NCBI GenBank assembly: GCA_965221305.1
Contig: OZ244881.1
Location: forward strand, 3,542,091 to 3,606,090
Reading direction: 5' to 3'
Source: Vicinamibacterales bacterium
GTDB lineage: Bacteria > Acidobacteriota > Vicinamibacteria > Vicinamibacterales > UBA8438
Length of the DNA: 64,000 bases
Positions 54,711 through 63,224 of this stretch are shown one piece after another. How positions within the stretch are numbered: position 1 is the first letter of the stretch; each line of letters begins with the position of its first letter. The position numbers and the translations under genes are program-made. The notes beneath the pieces were generated by a model, which was given only the letters and a program-made list of their open reading frames with translations, had not been told where the DNA came from and made no database searches.

Positions 54711-54990
54711 GGCCCTACATCCGCGCGCGTGGGGTTACGCAACGCCATGACATCGCGTGGCCGTGGACCACGGGCCCTACTCCGCGCGCGCGGGGTTACG
54801 CCGCCCCGTCGGCCCGCTGGCGGACCCCGATGTTGCCTACTTTCGCGCGCGCGGGGTTACGCCTCTTCATGTCGTCGCCTCCTCCGCCGCCCTCACCCCT
54901 ACTTCACTTCCGCCGGGCGCGGGGTTACGCCTAGGATCGCCGCCAAGCCGGCGTGTCGGCGGCTCACTCCGCCGCGCGCGGGGGGGCACG
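54711..54990. CRISPR. Small degenerate orphan CRISPR-like array (5 repeats of ~29 nt, 4 unrelated spacers of ~32-33 nt)
   Basis: The consensus repeat is GGCCCTACTCCGCGCGCGCGGGGTTACGC. Repeats end at 54740, 54801, 54862, 54930 and 54990, giving periods of 61, 61, 68 and 60. Repeat 4 carries a ~6-nt insertion and repeat 5 is degenerate. The spacers share no similarity with each other. There are no cas genes in the window. Confidence 0.5.
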
Positions 54991-55125
54991 AGAGGAGTGC
55001 GCGACAGCATTGTCGGCTGACGGGCAGGTTCGGCCGGTGGGCGTTCGGGGCCGCGTCCAACCTTCCTGTCGTGTACCGGCACGAGAGTCACGGGCTGACG
55101 TCATGGGGAATGCTATGATGCAGCC

Positions 55126-55386
55126 GTGCGGGCTGAACCGGCCATCGCCCACGACACCCTGCGCGAGCTGAAGGCGCTCACGCCCGAGATCGGCGTGTCG
55201 CTGGCGCATGCGGTGAACGGCACGCCGCGCGTCGGGCTGGGCCGTCGCTCCTCCGCCCGCCGGCGACGCAATCGGGAAGAAGTGCCGGCCTCGCCCTTTC
55301 CGTTCGTCGGCCTCGATCGCGCCCGCCGGATCGCTGCGTGGCTCGACGGCGAAGAGCCGCTTCACAAGCCTGAGCAACGCACGTGA
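55126..55386 (+). CDS. Small hypothetical protein (86 aa), stop overlapping the transketolase start
   Basis: High GC3. GTGA overlap with the transketolase start at 55383. No recognisable family. Confidence 0.4.
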   Translation: MRAEPAIAHDTLRELKALTPEIGVSLAHAVNGTPRVGLGRRSSARRRRNREEVPASPFPFVGLDRARRIAAWLDGEEPLHKPEQRT

Positions 55387-57260
55387 CCTTGGTCGATCGC
55401 CCCACGCTCTCCGCGCTCCGCAACGTCGCGACCCGGCTCCGGATCGAGTCGGTCCAGGCCACGAGCCGGGCCGGGAGCGGTCATCCCACGAGCTGCTGCT
55501 CGGCCGCCGAGATCATGGCGGCGCTGTTCTTCGGGCAGATGCGGTTCGACCCGCGGGACCCCGACCACGAGGACAACGACCGCTTCGTGCTCTCGAAGGG
55601 TCACGCGGCGCCGGTGCTCTACGCGGCGTGGGCCGAGGCGGGCGTCATCGGGCGCGACGAGCTCGCCGCCCTGCGGGAGATCGGCTCCGATCTGGAGGGG
55701 CATCCGACGCCGCGGCTGCCGTTCGTGGACGTGGCGACGGGCTCGCTCGGCCAGGGCATCTGTGCTGCGGTGGGGATGGCCCTGAACGCGCGGCGCATCG
55801 GGTCGGCCTATCGCACCTACGTGCTCCTCGGAGACGGCGAGTCGGCCGAGGGATCGGTGTGGGAGGCGGCGCAGGCGGCGGCGGCGATGGGGCTCGACAA
55901 TCTCTGCGCGATCACCGACGTCAACGCCCTCGGGCAGAGCCGGGTCACCCAGTGGGGGCACGACATGGCCGCTTACGAGCGGCGGTGGCAGGCGTTCGGG
56001 TGGCACGCGCTGGTGGTGGACGGGCACGGCATCGGCGCCCTCCTCGACGCGCTGGACGAGGCGGCGCGCACCGTGGGGCGGCCGACGATGATTCTGGCGC
56101 GCACCCTGAAAGGCAAGGGCGTGTCGTTCGCCGAGGGGCGCGACGGCTGGCACGGCAAGCCGTTCAAGGGAGACGACCTCGATCGGGCGCTGCGGGAGCT
56201 GGAAGGGCAGCTCGGCGCGCCGACCGAGAACCCGCCGATCCCGCCGCCGCCGGCGCGTGCGGGGGCGGTGCCCGCCGGGGATGCACTCCGCCTCCCGTCG
56301 TACGAGCCGGGGGCCAAGGTCGCGACGCGCGAGGCCTACGGCGCGGCCCTCGCCGCGCTGGGGGCGGCCGACCCGCGCGTCGTCGCTCTCGACGCCGACG
56401 TCAAGAACTCGACCTTCAGCGACAAGTTCGAGCAGCGGCATCCGGACCGCTTCTACCAGACCCATATCGCCGAGCAGGTCATGGTGGGGGCGGCTCTCGG
56501 CCTCGCGAGCCGCGGTGCGATCCCCTTCCCGTCGACGTTCGCCGCCTTCCTCACCCGGGCCGCCGACTTCATCCGCATGGGGGGCATCGGCAACGTCAAC
56601 GTCAAGCTCGCGGGCTCGCACGCGGGGGTGTCGATCGGCGAGGACGGTCCGTCGCAGATGGCCCTCGAGGACCTCGCGATGATGCGGGCGGTGCCCGGCT
56701 GCGTGGTGCTCTACCCGTGCGACGCGGTCAGCACGTCGGCGCTCGTCGCGGCGGCGGCGGCGCACGACGGCATGACCTACATCCGGACCTCGCGGCCCAA
56801 GACCCCGGTCGTCTACGCGGCGGACGAGGTGTTCCCCGTCGGCGGGTCCAAGACCCTGCGGGAGAGCGCATCGGACTCGTGCACCGTGGTCGCGGCGGGG
56901 GTGACCGTCTTCGAGGCGCTCGCCGCCTGCGACACGCTGGCCGAGGCCGGAGTGCGCATCCGCGTCGTCGACGCCTACTCGCTGCAGCCCATCGACGTCG
57001 ACGGCCTCGTCGCGGCTGCGCACGCCACCGGCGGCCGTCTCGTCACCGTCGAGGACCACTACGCCGCGGGCGGGCTGGGCGACGCCGTGAGCGATGCCGT
57101 CGCGTCCCACGGCATCAGCGTGCACCGCCTCGCGGTTCGCGACGTGCCCCGCAGCGGCAAGCCGGCCGAGCTCCTCGACCGCTACGGCATCTCGGCCCGC
57201 CACATCGTGGCCTCGGTCACCGCCCTCGTCGATGCCGCGCCGGGGCGGACCACGACCTGA
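55383..57260 (+). CDS. tkt: Transketolase (single-chain, ~625 aa type)
   Basis: Motifs SGHPTSCCSAAE, LSKGHAAP, GDGESAEGSVWEA, GEDGPSQMALEDLAM and RVVDAYSLQPID are present. Confidence 0.9.
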   Translation: MTLVDRPTLSALRNVATRLRIESVQATSRAGSGHPTSCCSAAEIMAALFFGQMRFDPRDPDHEDNDRFVLSKGHAAPVLYAAWAEAGVIGRDELAALREIGSDLEGHPTPRLPFVDVATGSLGQGICAAVGMALNARRIGSAYRTYVLLGDGESAEGSVWEAAQAAAAMGLDNLCAITDVNALGQSRVTQWGHDMAAYERRWQAFGWHALVVDGHGIGALLDALDEAARTVGRPTMILARTLKGKGVSFAEGRDGWHGKPFKGDDLDRALRELEGQLGAPTENPPIPPPPARAGAVPAGDALRLPSYEPGAKVATREAYGAALAALGAADPRVVALDADVKNSTFSDKFEQRHPDRFYQTHIAEQVMVGAALGLASRGAIPFPSTFAAFLTRAADFIRMGGIGNVNVKLAGSHAGVSIGEDGPSQMALEDLAMMRAVPGCVVLYPCDAVSTSALVAAAAAHDGMTYIRTSRPKTPVVYAADEVFPVGGSKTLRESASDSCTVVAAGVTVFEALAACDTLAEAGVRIRVVDAYSLQPIDVDGLVAAAHATGGRLVTVEDHYAAGGLGDAVSDAVASHGISVHRLAVRDVPRSGKPAELLDRYGISARHIVASVTALVDAAPGRTTT

Positions 57261-57268
57261 CGGGTCTC

Positions 57269-57528
57269 GCGGCGGTCGCCGCCATCCCCTCCCGCACGAG
57301 CGGTGCTCGACTCGGCGCCGCCGCGAATACGGAACCGGGCTCCGGCCCTCCCCAGCGGCGGTCGCCGCCATCCCCTCCCGCGCGAGCGGTGGCTCGACTC
57401 GGCGCCGCCGCGAATACGGAACCGGGCTCCGGCCCTCCCCAGCGGCGGTCGCCGCCATCCCCTCCCGCGCGAGCGGTGGCTCGACTCGGCGCCGCCGCGA
57501 ATACGGAACCGGGCTCCGGCCCTCCCCA
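57269..57528. repeat. 87-bp tandem repeat x3 immediately after the transketolase stop
   Basis: gcggcggtcgccgccatcccctcccgcgcgagcggtggctcgactcggcgccgccgcgaatacggaaccgggctccggccctcccca starts at ~57269, ~57355 and ~57442. Copies 2 and 3 are identical. Copy 1 has a few substitutions. Confidence 0.9.
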
Positions 57529-57596
57529 TGCGCGCGACCGGGCGGTCGGCAAGGCCGGCCGCGGCCGCCTGTTTGCCGACGGAGTACGCGGCGCCC

Positions 57597-58541
57597 TCAG
57601 CGCCGCACGGCGCGCCACGCGGTGATGCCGGCCGGCGTCCGCGCGGTGCCGCTCATGGTCGATCCGACGACGCGGCCGGTGTACGGGACCCCGCCCGCGT
57701 CGAAGCCGATCGCCTCGCCGCGCAGCCGCCCGCCGGTGATCGGGATGGTCTCGCCCGCGACCCGGAGCTCGCCGGATACCTCCTGGAACCGCTGCTGGAG
57801 CACCAGCTCGCCGGCGTCCATCCGCCAGGAGCCCGCCACCTTGGCGGGAACGATCCAGAGCAGCGAGGTGCACCAGGTGGGGCAGGGGTCGAGCACCACG
57901 GTCGTGTCCGCGACCCATCCCGGGGCGTCGAGATCGGTCTCGGACCCGCGCAGGTCCCAGGTGTTCGAGACGATGCGGGTGCCCGGGCGCAGGTCGAAGA
58001 GGGCGGGGCGCAGCCGGTAGTTGATATCCGGCAGCAGGAACATCGTGACCACGGTGGCCGGGGAGAGGTCGAAGTCGAACAGGTCGGCGGCGACGAACTC
58101 GGTCCGGTCGGACACGCCGGCTTCCGTCGCGCGGCGCTCGGACAGGGCCACGAGGTTCGGCGCGAGCTCGACCCCGACGGCCCGCGCGCCGAGTCGGGCC
58201 GCCGCGATGACGAGGCGGCCGTCGCCCGAGCCGAGGTCGATGACGAGGTCGTCGGCCGTCACCTCGGCCATCTCCAGCATCTTGTCGACGAGCACGTCGG
58301 GCGTCGGCACCCAGGGGACGTCCTTGCCCTCCTGGCCGATCTCCGGCTCGGGCGCCGGTCGGCCGGTCGCGTCGGGCGGCTGCGGCGCCGCCTCGGCCGG
58401 CGGCCAGGAAGCGCATGCCAGCGACAGGGCGATCAGGGCGACGGCGGTCCGCGGGAACGCTCGGGGCCGGCGATTCGCTGCGATCGGCCGGCGTTGGGCG
58501 GGGCGGTTGACTCGCCATCGCGGTGGCGGGTACATGGGCAC
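57597..58541 (-). CDS. Class I SAM-dependent methyltransferase with N-terminal signal/anchor
   Basis: SAM motif I VIDLGSGDGRLVIAAA and post-I GVELAP are present. There is an N-terminal hydrophobic segment. Confidence 0.75.
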   Translation of the reverse strand: MPMYPPPRWRVNRPAQRRPIAANRRPRAFPRTAVALIALSLACASWPPAEAAPQPPDATGRPAPEPEIGQEGKDVPWVPTPDVLVDKMLEMAEVTADDLVIDLGSGDGRLVIAAARLGARAVGVELAPNLVALSERRATEAGVSDRTEFVAADLFDFDLSPATVVTMFLLPDINYRLRPALFDLRPGTRIVSNTWDLRGSETDLDAPGWVADTTVVLDPCPTWCTSLLWIVPAKVAGSWRMDAGELVLQQRFQEVSGELRVAGETIPITGGRLRGEAIGFDAGGVPYTGRVVGSTMSGTARTPAGITAWRAVRR

Positions 58542-58658
58542 TCAGCGATGTTCTTGCCGTGTTCGAACGGGACGCGCCCGCTGACGGGGTGTTCGCGCTC
58601 TTGTCGATCCCGGCCTGCGCGGCTCCGCGCGGAGCCTCACCGTGGGCTCCGGGACGGT

Positions 58659-59321
58659 TCAGCGCACTGCGTCGCTCTCCAGGCGGTCGTCCGGCACGAA
58701 CCGGTCGCGCGCGGGCATGACGACATCAGGCAGCGTGGCCGCGTTCATCACTGCATCGTCGTCGATGATCCGGTTCTTCGCCAAGATCCAGGCGACGAGC
58801 CCGTACACCTCGTCCGGGGTCAGCGTCCCGGGGGCGTTGCCCGGCATCGCGCGGTAGACGTAGTCGTAGAGGGTAGTGGCGTACGGCCAGTAGTTGCCGA
58901 CGGTGGGCGGGCGCGCGGCCGGGTCGCGGCCGACGACGGGGGCGGCGATGCCGCCTTCGCCTTCCGGTCCATGGCATGCTCGGCACGCACGGTCCCAGAC
59001 GCGCGCGCCGTCGGCGACGGTGCCGCCGCCGAGGGGCAGACCGGCGCCGTCGGGCCGGATGTCGATGTCGAGGGCGGCGACCTCCTCCGCCGTCGCGGCG
59101 CGCCCCAGCCCCAGCGGGCTCGCCGCAGCCTCTTGCGGCGCCTGCCCGGCCGCCGCCGCCGGGATGCCTGCCACCACCAGGAGGGCCGGTCCCAGGAGCC
59201 AGCGCATGCGTGCCCGCCGCGTGCTGCCGGCAATGCGTCCCGCCCGGGCGTCGCCCGCGGTTCGGTCCGGGTCGCCAGGCGACGGGCGGCCGAGCCCACA
59301 GGACAGCGTCGTCCGCATCAT
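58659..59321 (-). CDS. Monoheme c-type cytochrome, SoxD/SorB-like partner of sulfite dehydrogenase
   Basis: CRACH heme site, plus WPYATTLYDYVYRAMP. The ATG at 59321 overlaps the SoxC-like stop (ATGA). An alternative start at 59207 (MRWLLGPALL..) lies directly before the signal peptide. Confidence 0.7.
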   Translation of the reverse strand: MMRTTLSCGLGRPSPGDPDRTAGDARAGRIAGSTRRARMRWLLGPALLVVAGIPAAAAGQAPQEAAASPLGLGRAATAEEVAALDIDIRPDGAGLPLGGGTVADGARVWDRACRACHGPEGEGGIAAPVVGRDPAARPPTVGNYWPYATTLYDYVYRAMPGNAPGTLTPDEVYGLVAWILAKNRIIDDDAVMNAATLPDVVMPARDRFVPDDRLESDAVR

Positions 59322-60550
59322 GACCGCAGCCTCTCCGCCCCGAAGAGCACCCGACCGTCGGCGCCGACGGTCCACGAGGTGATGGGATTCCAGTGATACC
59401 GGGTCCCGAGCCCCCGGGCGGCGACGAGCGCCTCCCAGGTCGGCTGGACGTAGCCGGTCTCGTCGGTCGCCCGGCTCATGATCTCGGCCGCGCCGCCCGC
59501 CCACCGCCACGGCGCGCGGAACCGGACGTGAGCCTTGGGCAGCACCGGCGCCTGCAGCTCCGCCTCGCGCCACGTCACCCCGCCGTCGGTGCTGACGTCG
59601 ACGCGGGCGATGCTGCCGCGTCCGCTCCAGGCCAGCCCCCGGATCTCGTGGAAGCCGGGCGTCAAGACGCGCGGAAAGGCGGGGTCGGTGACGATGGAGC
59701 GCGCGTCCATGACGAAGCTGAATTGGCGCGACCGGCTCCCGTCCCCGAGGGGGTCGGTGTACTTCGATGTCTCCTCGCGGGTCATGAACGGGCCGTCGGC
59801 GAGCTCGATGCGGCGCAGCCACTTGACGCTGGCGTTGCCCTCCCAGCCCGGCAGCAGCAGCCGGACCGGATAACCGTTACCGGGCATGAGGGCGTCGCCG
59901 TTCTGCGCGTAGACGAGCATGGCGTCGTCGAACGCCTTCTCCATCGGCACGCTGCGGGTCATCACTGCCGCATCCTGGCCCTCGGCGAGGAACCAGGTGG
60001 CGGCGGGCCGCGCGCCGACCTCGCGCAGCACCGTCGACAGCAGCACGCCCGTCCATTCCGTCTGGCTCGTCAGCCCGCAGACCATCTGGGGCAGCGTTTC
60101 CGGACCGCCGCGGCGGAGGTTGCCCGAGCACTCCAGGAAGCAGATGCGCGACGTGGCGGGGAACCGCTTCAGGTCGTCCAAGGTGAAGACGGTCGGGCGG
60201 TCGACGAGTCCGTGGACGAGCAGCTCGTAGCGGTCGGGGTCGATCGAGGGTACGCCGCCGTGGTGTCGCTCGAAGTGCAGGTCGGCCGGGGTGATCGTGC
60301 CCCGCAGGTCCTGCAGCGGCGTGCGCGACGATGTCGAGCTCGGGTCGCGCCGCGGGTCCACGAAGGGCGAGCGCTCGCCGCGGTCGCTCGGCAGTGGTCC
60401 GGGCCGTCGGGTGGTCTCGATGGCTTGCTGCGCCGCCGCCGGCACCGCCGCCGCGCCCACCGCTCCGGCCGCCCCGGCGATCACCTGCCGGCGAGTCGGG
60501 CCCGTCCGCCGCGGTCGAGAGGAGTTTGCCGATCGGTCGCGGTACGCCAT
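59318..60550 (-). CDS. Molybdopterin sulfite dehydrogenase/oxidase family protein (SoxC/SorA-like), Tat signal
   Basis: The start at MAYRDRS.. is preceded by AAGGGGGTGG. A twin-arginine segment TRRQVIAGAAG is present. The Mo-co region shows FLECSGN and GYPVRLLLPGWEGN. Confidence 0.8.
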   Translation of the reverse strand: MAYRDRSANSSRPRRTGPTRRQVIAGAAGAVGAAAVPAAAQQAIETTRRPGPLPSDRGERSPFVDPRRDPSSTSSRTPLQDLRGTITPADLHFERHHGGVPSIDPDRYELLVHGLVDRPTVFTLDDLKRFPATSRICFLECSGNLRRGGPETLPQMVCGLTSQTEWTGVLLSTVLREVGARPAATWFLAEGQDAAVMTRSVPMEKAFDDAMLVYAQNGDALMPGNGYPVRLLLPGWEGNASVKWLRRIELADGPFMTREETSKYTDPLGDGSRSRQFSFVMDARSIVTDPAFPRVLTPGFHEIRGLAWSGRGSIARVDVSTDGGVTWREAELQAPVLPKAHVRFRAPWRWAGGAAEIMSRATDETGYVQPTWEALVAARGLGTRYHWNPITSWTVGADGRVLFGAERLRS

Positions 60551-60661
60551 GACTTGGCCACCCCCTTGTAGGTCGAGTAGAGGCCGGCCCTGCGCGCCAC
60601 GTCGGCGGGTCCGGCGCCCCGTTGCGTACGACAAGCTCCGGGGGCAGTCCGCCAGTGAACT

Positions 60662-60867
60662 GTCCCAGAGCTTGCTTTGCCGTCCTGTCGCTGGTTCTCG
60701 CTGGCAAACGCCGCGAAGACGCCCCGCGACATGGGCAGCCTCTCTCAGGGACGGTAGACTGGTGGACCGTCCCTGAGTTTCCTTCGCCGTCGTGCCGCTG
60801 GCTTTTCGCTGGTCAGCGCCGCGAAAACCCCCCGCGACATGGGCAGCTTCTCTCGGGAACGGTCAAC
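60662..60867. repeat. ~100-bp direct repeat x2 (period 107) with a 10-bp hairpin at the junction
   Basis: gtccc(a/t)gag..gccgcgaa(g/a)ac(g/c)ccccgcgacatgggcagc(c/t)tctctc..ggt occurs at ~60662 and ~60769. The junction forms CAGGGACGGT-N10-ACCGTCCCTG. It lies between the SoxC-like start and the SelW-like stop. Confidence 0.85.
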
Positions 60868-61103
60868 TAGGCGGTGGGGACGGCGAGCGAGCGCAGCGCC
60901 CCGATGACCTCGTCGGGCTCGGGGAACCGCTGCTCCTTCTGCTTCGAGAAGATCAGTTCGCCGTCGGCGACCACGTCGAACTGTCCGCGGCCGCCGACCA
61001 CCACGTCGGCTTCGACCCCGAGCGCATCCTGAATCGCGGCCGCCAGACTGGTGGCCTTGGGCAGGTAATTTCAAACCTTGCAGTAGCTGATCGACACCTT
61101 CAT
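60867..61103 (-). CDS. SelW/SelT/Rdx-family small redox protein with CxxU (in-frame UGA at 61071-61073)
   Basis: Hand translation of the minus strand gives MKVSISYCKV-U-NYLPKATSLAAAIQDALGVEADVVVGGRGQFDVVADGELIFSKQKEQRFPEPDEVIGALRSLAVPTA. This matches the Rdx pattern (xxVxIxYCxxC/U..., GxFEVxvdGelifSK, FPexxEv) as I recall it. It is absent from the ORF track because of the TGA. Confidence 0.75.
61038..61056 (-). promoter_or_regulatory. Candidate SECIS hairpin for the SelW-like gene
   Basis: The mRNA reads GGCCACC-AGUCU-GGCGGCC (6 of 7 stem positions paired, with one A.C mismatch). The loop starts 21 nt after the UGA. Confidence 0.45.
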
Positions 61104-61134
61104 GACGCGCCGATCGTACCGCATCCACCTCCCC

Positions 61135-61249
61135 TCGCGCAACGGCCGCCGATCGCCGAGCCTGAGTCGGGAACTTGCGCAGCGTCTGGCCCCTCCTTGA
61201 CGGATGGATGGGTCGCGCAACGGCCGCCGATCGCCGAGCCGGAGTCAGG
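61135..61249. repeat. 36-nt direct repeat x2 (period 78) between the SelW-like and gluconolactonase genes
   Basis: tcgcgcaacggccgccgatcgccgagcc(t/g)gagtc(g/a)gg occurs twice. Confidence 0.85.
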
Positions 61250-62258
61250 GCATCAGGCCTGCGACCCGCGTGCGGACCCGGTAGAGGCCGGTCTGCGCGG
61301 TCATGTAGAGGGTCGTGCCGTCGTTGCCGAAGGCCGCGTTCGCGGGCTGTTCGGCCAGCCGCACGGTGCCGAGGTGGTTGCCCTCCGGGCTGATGACCAC
61401 GATGCCGCCGGGGCCGCTCGCCCACAGGTTCCCCGACGTGTCGACCGCGAAGCCGTCGGGTACGCCGCGGTCGGCGCTGCCCGTCAGGTCGAGGAGCACG
61501 CGGCCCTCGCCGACCCCGAGGTCGTCGTCGACGGGATAAGCCAACCAATTCCGGGCTGCGCCGTCCGAGTTGGCGACGTAGAGCGTACGCTCGTCGGGCG
61601 AGAGCCCGATGCCGTTCGGCCGCGTCTGGCCGTCGGCCAAGAGGTGGACCGAGCCATCGGGATCGAGACGGTAGACGCCGTTCCAGTCGAGTTCGGCCGC
61701 GTCGGGGGAGGCGAGGCCGTACGGCGGATCAGTGAAGAAGGCGGCGCCGCTCGAGTGGTAGACGATGTCGTTGGGACTGTTGAGACGCCGCCCCTCGTAG
61801 CGGTCGGCCAACGTGATCCTGGAGCCGTCGGCTTCGATCCGCGCCAGGCGCCGGTTGCCGTGCTCGCACAGAACGAGGCGGCCGTCGAGATCGAGGGTCA
61901 GCCCGTTCGAGCCGCCCCGGCCGCCGGTCTCGAGCTCGGGCAGGAAGACCGGGTTGAGGAATACGCTGGTGCCGTCCGCCTCCGACCACCGGTAGACGGT
62001 GTCTCCGGGAATGTCGCTGAAGAGCAGGTGGCCGTCGCTCGCGTCCCCGACCCACACCGGCCCTTCGATGAACTGGAACCCGTCCGCGATCCGTTCGACC
62101 GTCGCATCGGCCGCCACTAGGTCGTCGAGGCGCGGATCGAGCCGCTCTATGGTCCCCGCCTCGCCCGCCGCCGGCTGCGCCGCCGCCGGCCGCGTGATCG
62201 CCGTCGCCGCCGCCACGATGAGAGTCACGCCCAAACCGATCGATGTCCGTCGTCTCAT
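61245..62258 (-). CDS. SMP-30/gluconolactonase/LRE family protein, secreted
   Basis: Start taken at MRRRTSIGLG (RBS GGGAGGA). Motifs FIEGPVWV, LLFSDIP, PNDIV, PNGIGLSPDE and GVPDGFAVD are present. Confidence 0.85.
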   Translation of the reverse strand: MRRRTSIGLGVTLIVAAATAITRPAAAQPAAGEAGTIERLDPRLDDLVAADATVERIADGFQFIEGPVWVGDASDGHLLFSDIPGDTVYRWSEADGTSVFLNPVFLPELETGGRGGSNGLTLDLDGRLVLCEHGNRRLARIEADGSRITLADRYEGRRLNSPNDIVYHSSGAAFFTDPPYGLASPDAAELDWNGVYRLDPDGSVHLLADGQTRPNGIGLSPDERTLYVANSDGAARNWLAYPVDDDLGVGEGRVLLDLTGSADRGVPDGFAVDTSGNLWASGPGGIVVISPEGNHLGTVRLAEQPANAAFGNDGTTLYMTAQTGLYRVRTRVAGLMP

Positions 62259-62260
62259 GA

Positions 62261-62598
62261 TGCAGTCCTCCCGCCGAGTCACCAAGGTGGTGACATGATA
62301 CGGCCCCGGAGCTTCGAGCGGGTTGCGGCCCGGTGGCGTCGTGGGGGCGGCCGGGGCGGTTCGCGCATGCGATGCAGTCTTCCCGCCGAGTCACCAAGGT
62401 GGTGACATGATGCGCCCCCCGGGGCTCCGAGCGAGTTGCGGCCCCGTGGCGTCGTGGCGTCGGCCGAGGCGGTTCGCGCATGGGTTGCAGTCCTCCCGCC
62501 GAGTCACCAAGGTGGTGACAGGATACGACCCCGGAGCTTCGAGCGTGTTGCGGCCCGGCGGCGCCTTGCGGCGGCCGGGGCGGTTCGCGCATGCGACG
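62261..62598. repeat. ~113-bp tandem repeat x3 abutting the gluconolactonase start codon
   Basis: Units start at ~62261, ~62373 and ~62486. Each contains the reverse complement of the gene's own SD region (cgggaggactgca) and a hairpin GTCACCA-AGG-TGGTGAC. Confidence 0.9.
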
Positions 62599-62780
62599 AC
62601 CGTCGCGCGTCGACGGGAGACCGCCGCGGCGGTGATGTTCGTCCGGGTCGCGCCGATGAGTGAGAGGCCGATGTCCGAACGGCGTTCGCCGGAGGCGGTC
62701 ACGGGCTCGCCCGCGATCTCGGCGGGACGGTATGGTACGAGAGTCGCGACAGCCCATCCGGACCTCATCGTCCGGACGGG

Positions 62781-63224
62781 TCACGGCGCGGCGACTTCGA
62801 CGTGCGGCCTCGCGGCGGTGTGGGGCGTCAGGCGTCGGTCGAGCGTCAGGAGCACGGCGTTGTTGGTTGCCGCCACCGCCAGCAGGTAGGCATCCGTCAC
62901 CTGTCGGTGCCCGAGGAGGTGTCGGAAGTACTTGTCCACCTGTCCCGGGGGTGGAAGCCGCCCGACGTAGCGGTGCCGGCGGTCGCGAACCAGTCTGGCC
63001 AGTACATCGAGCGCCTGCGCGGGGGTCTGGCGCACGCCGACCACGGCCGGATTCGACGAGAGGCGCACGAAACCGAGCTGGGTGAGGGCGCAGGTGGACC
63101 ACTCGGGGGCGGGCCGTTGCTCGAGTCGGCTCAGCACCGTCCGGTGAAACTGGTGGTTGGGCCACGCGAGCGCCAGGAGCGCGTTGACGTCGAGGAGCAA
63201 CGGGCGGCTCTCAGACGACCCCAT
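62781..63224 (-). CDS. vapC: PIN-domain toxin VapC
   Basis: LLLDVNALLAL (first acidic residue), QVTDAYLLAVA, and C-terminal LLTLDRRL. Confidence 0.8.
   Translation of the reverse strand: MGSSESRPLLLDVNALLALAWPNHQFHRTVLSRLEQRPAPEWSTCALTQLGFVRLSSNPAVVGVRQTPAQALDVLARLVRDRRHRYVGRLPPPGQVDKYFRHLLGHRQVTDAYLLAVAATNNAVLLTLDRRLTPHTAARPHVEVAAP

Noticed and set aside
54435-55118. Track ORFs 54435..55118(+), 54757..55020(+) and 54867..55091(-) spanning the CRISPR-like array.
   Set aside because: The translations are repetitive R/P/A-rich strings generated by the repeats themselves, with no family resemblance. The repeat-spacer periodicity explains the region better.
57182-57529. ORF 57182..57529(-), and plus-strand frames, which encode a thrice-repeated peptide across the 87-bp repeat.
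   Set aside because: The frames are open only because the unit length is a multiple of 3 and the sequence is GC-rich. The peptides are R/G-rich and no start context is visible.
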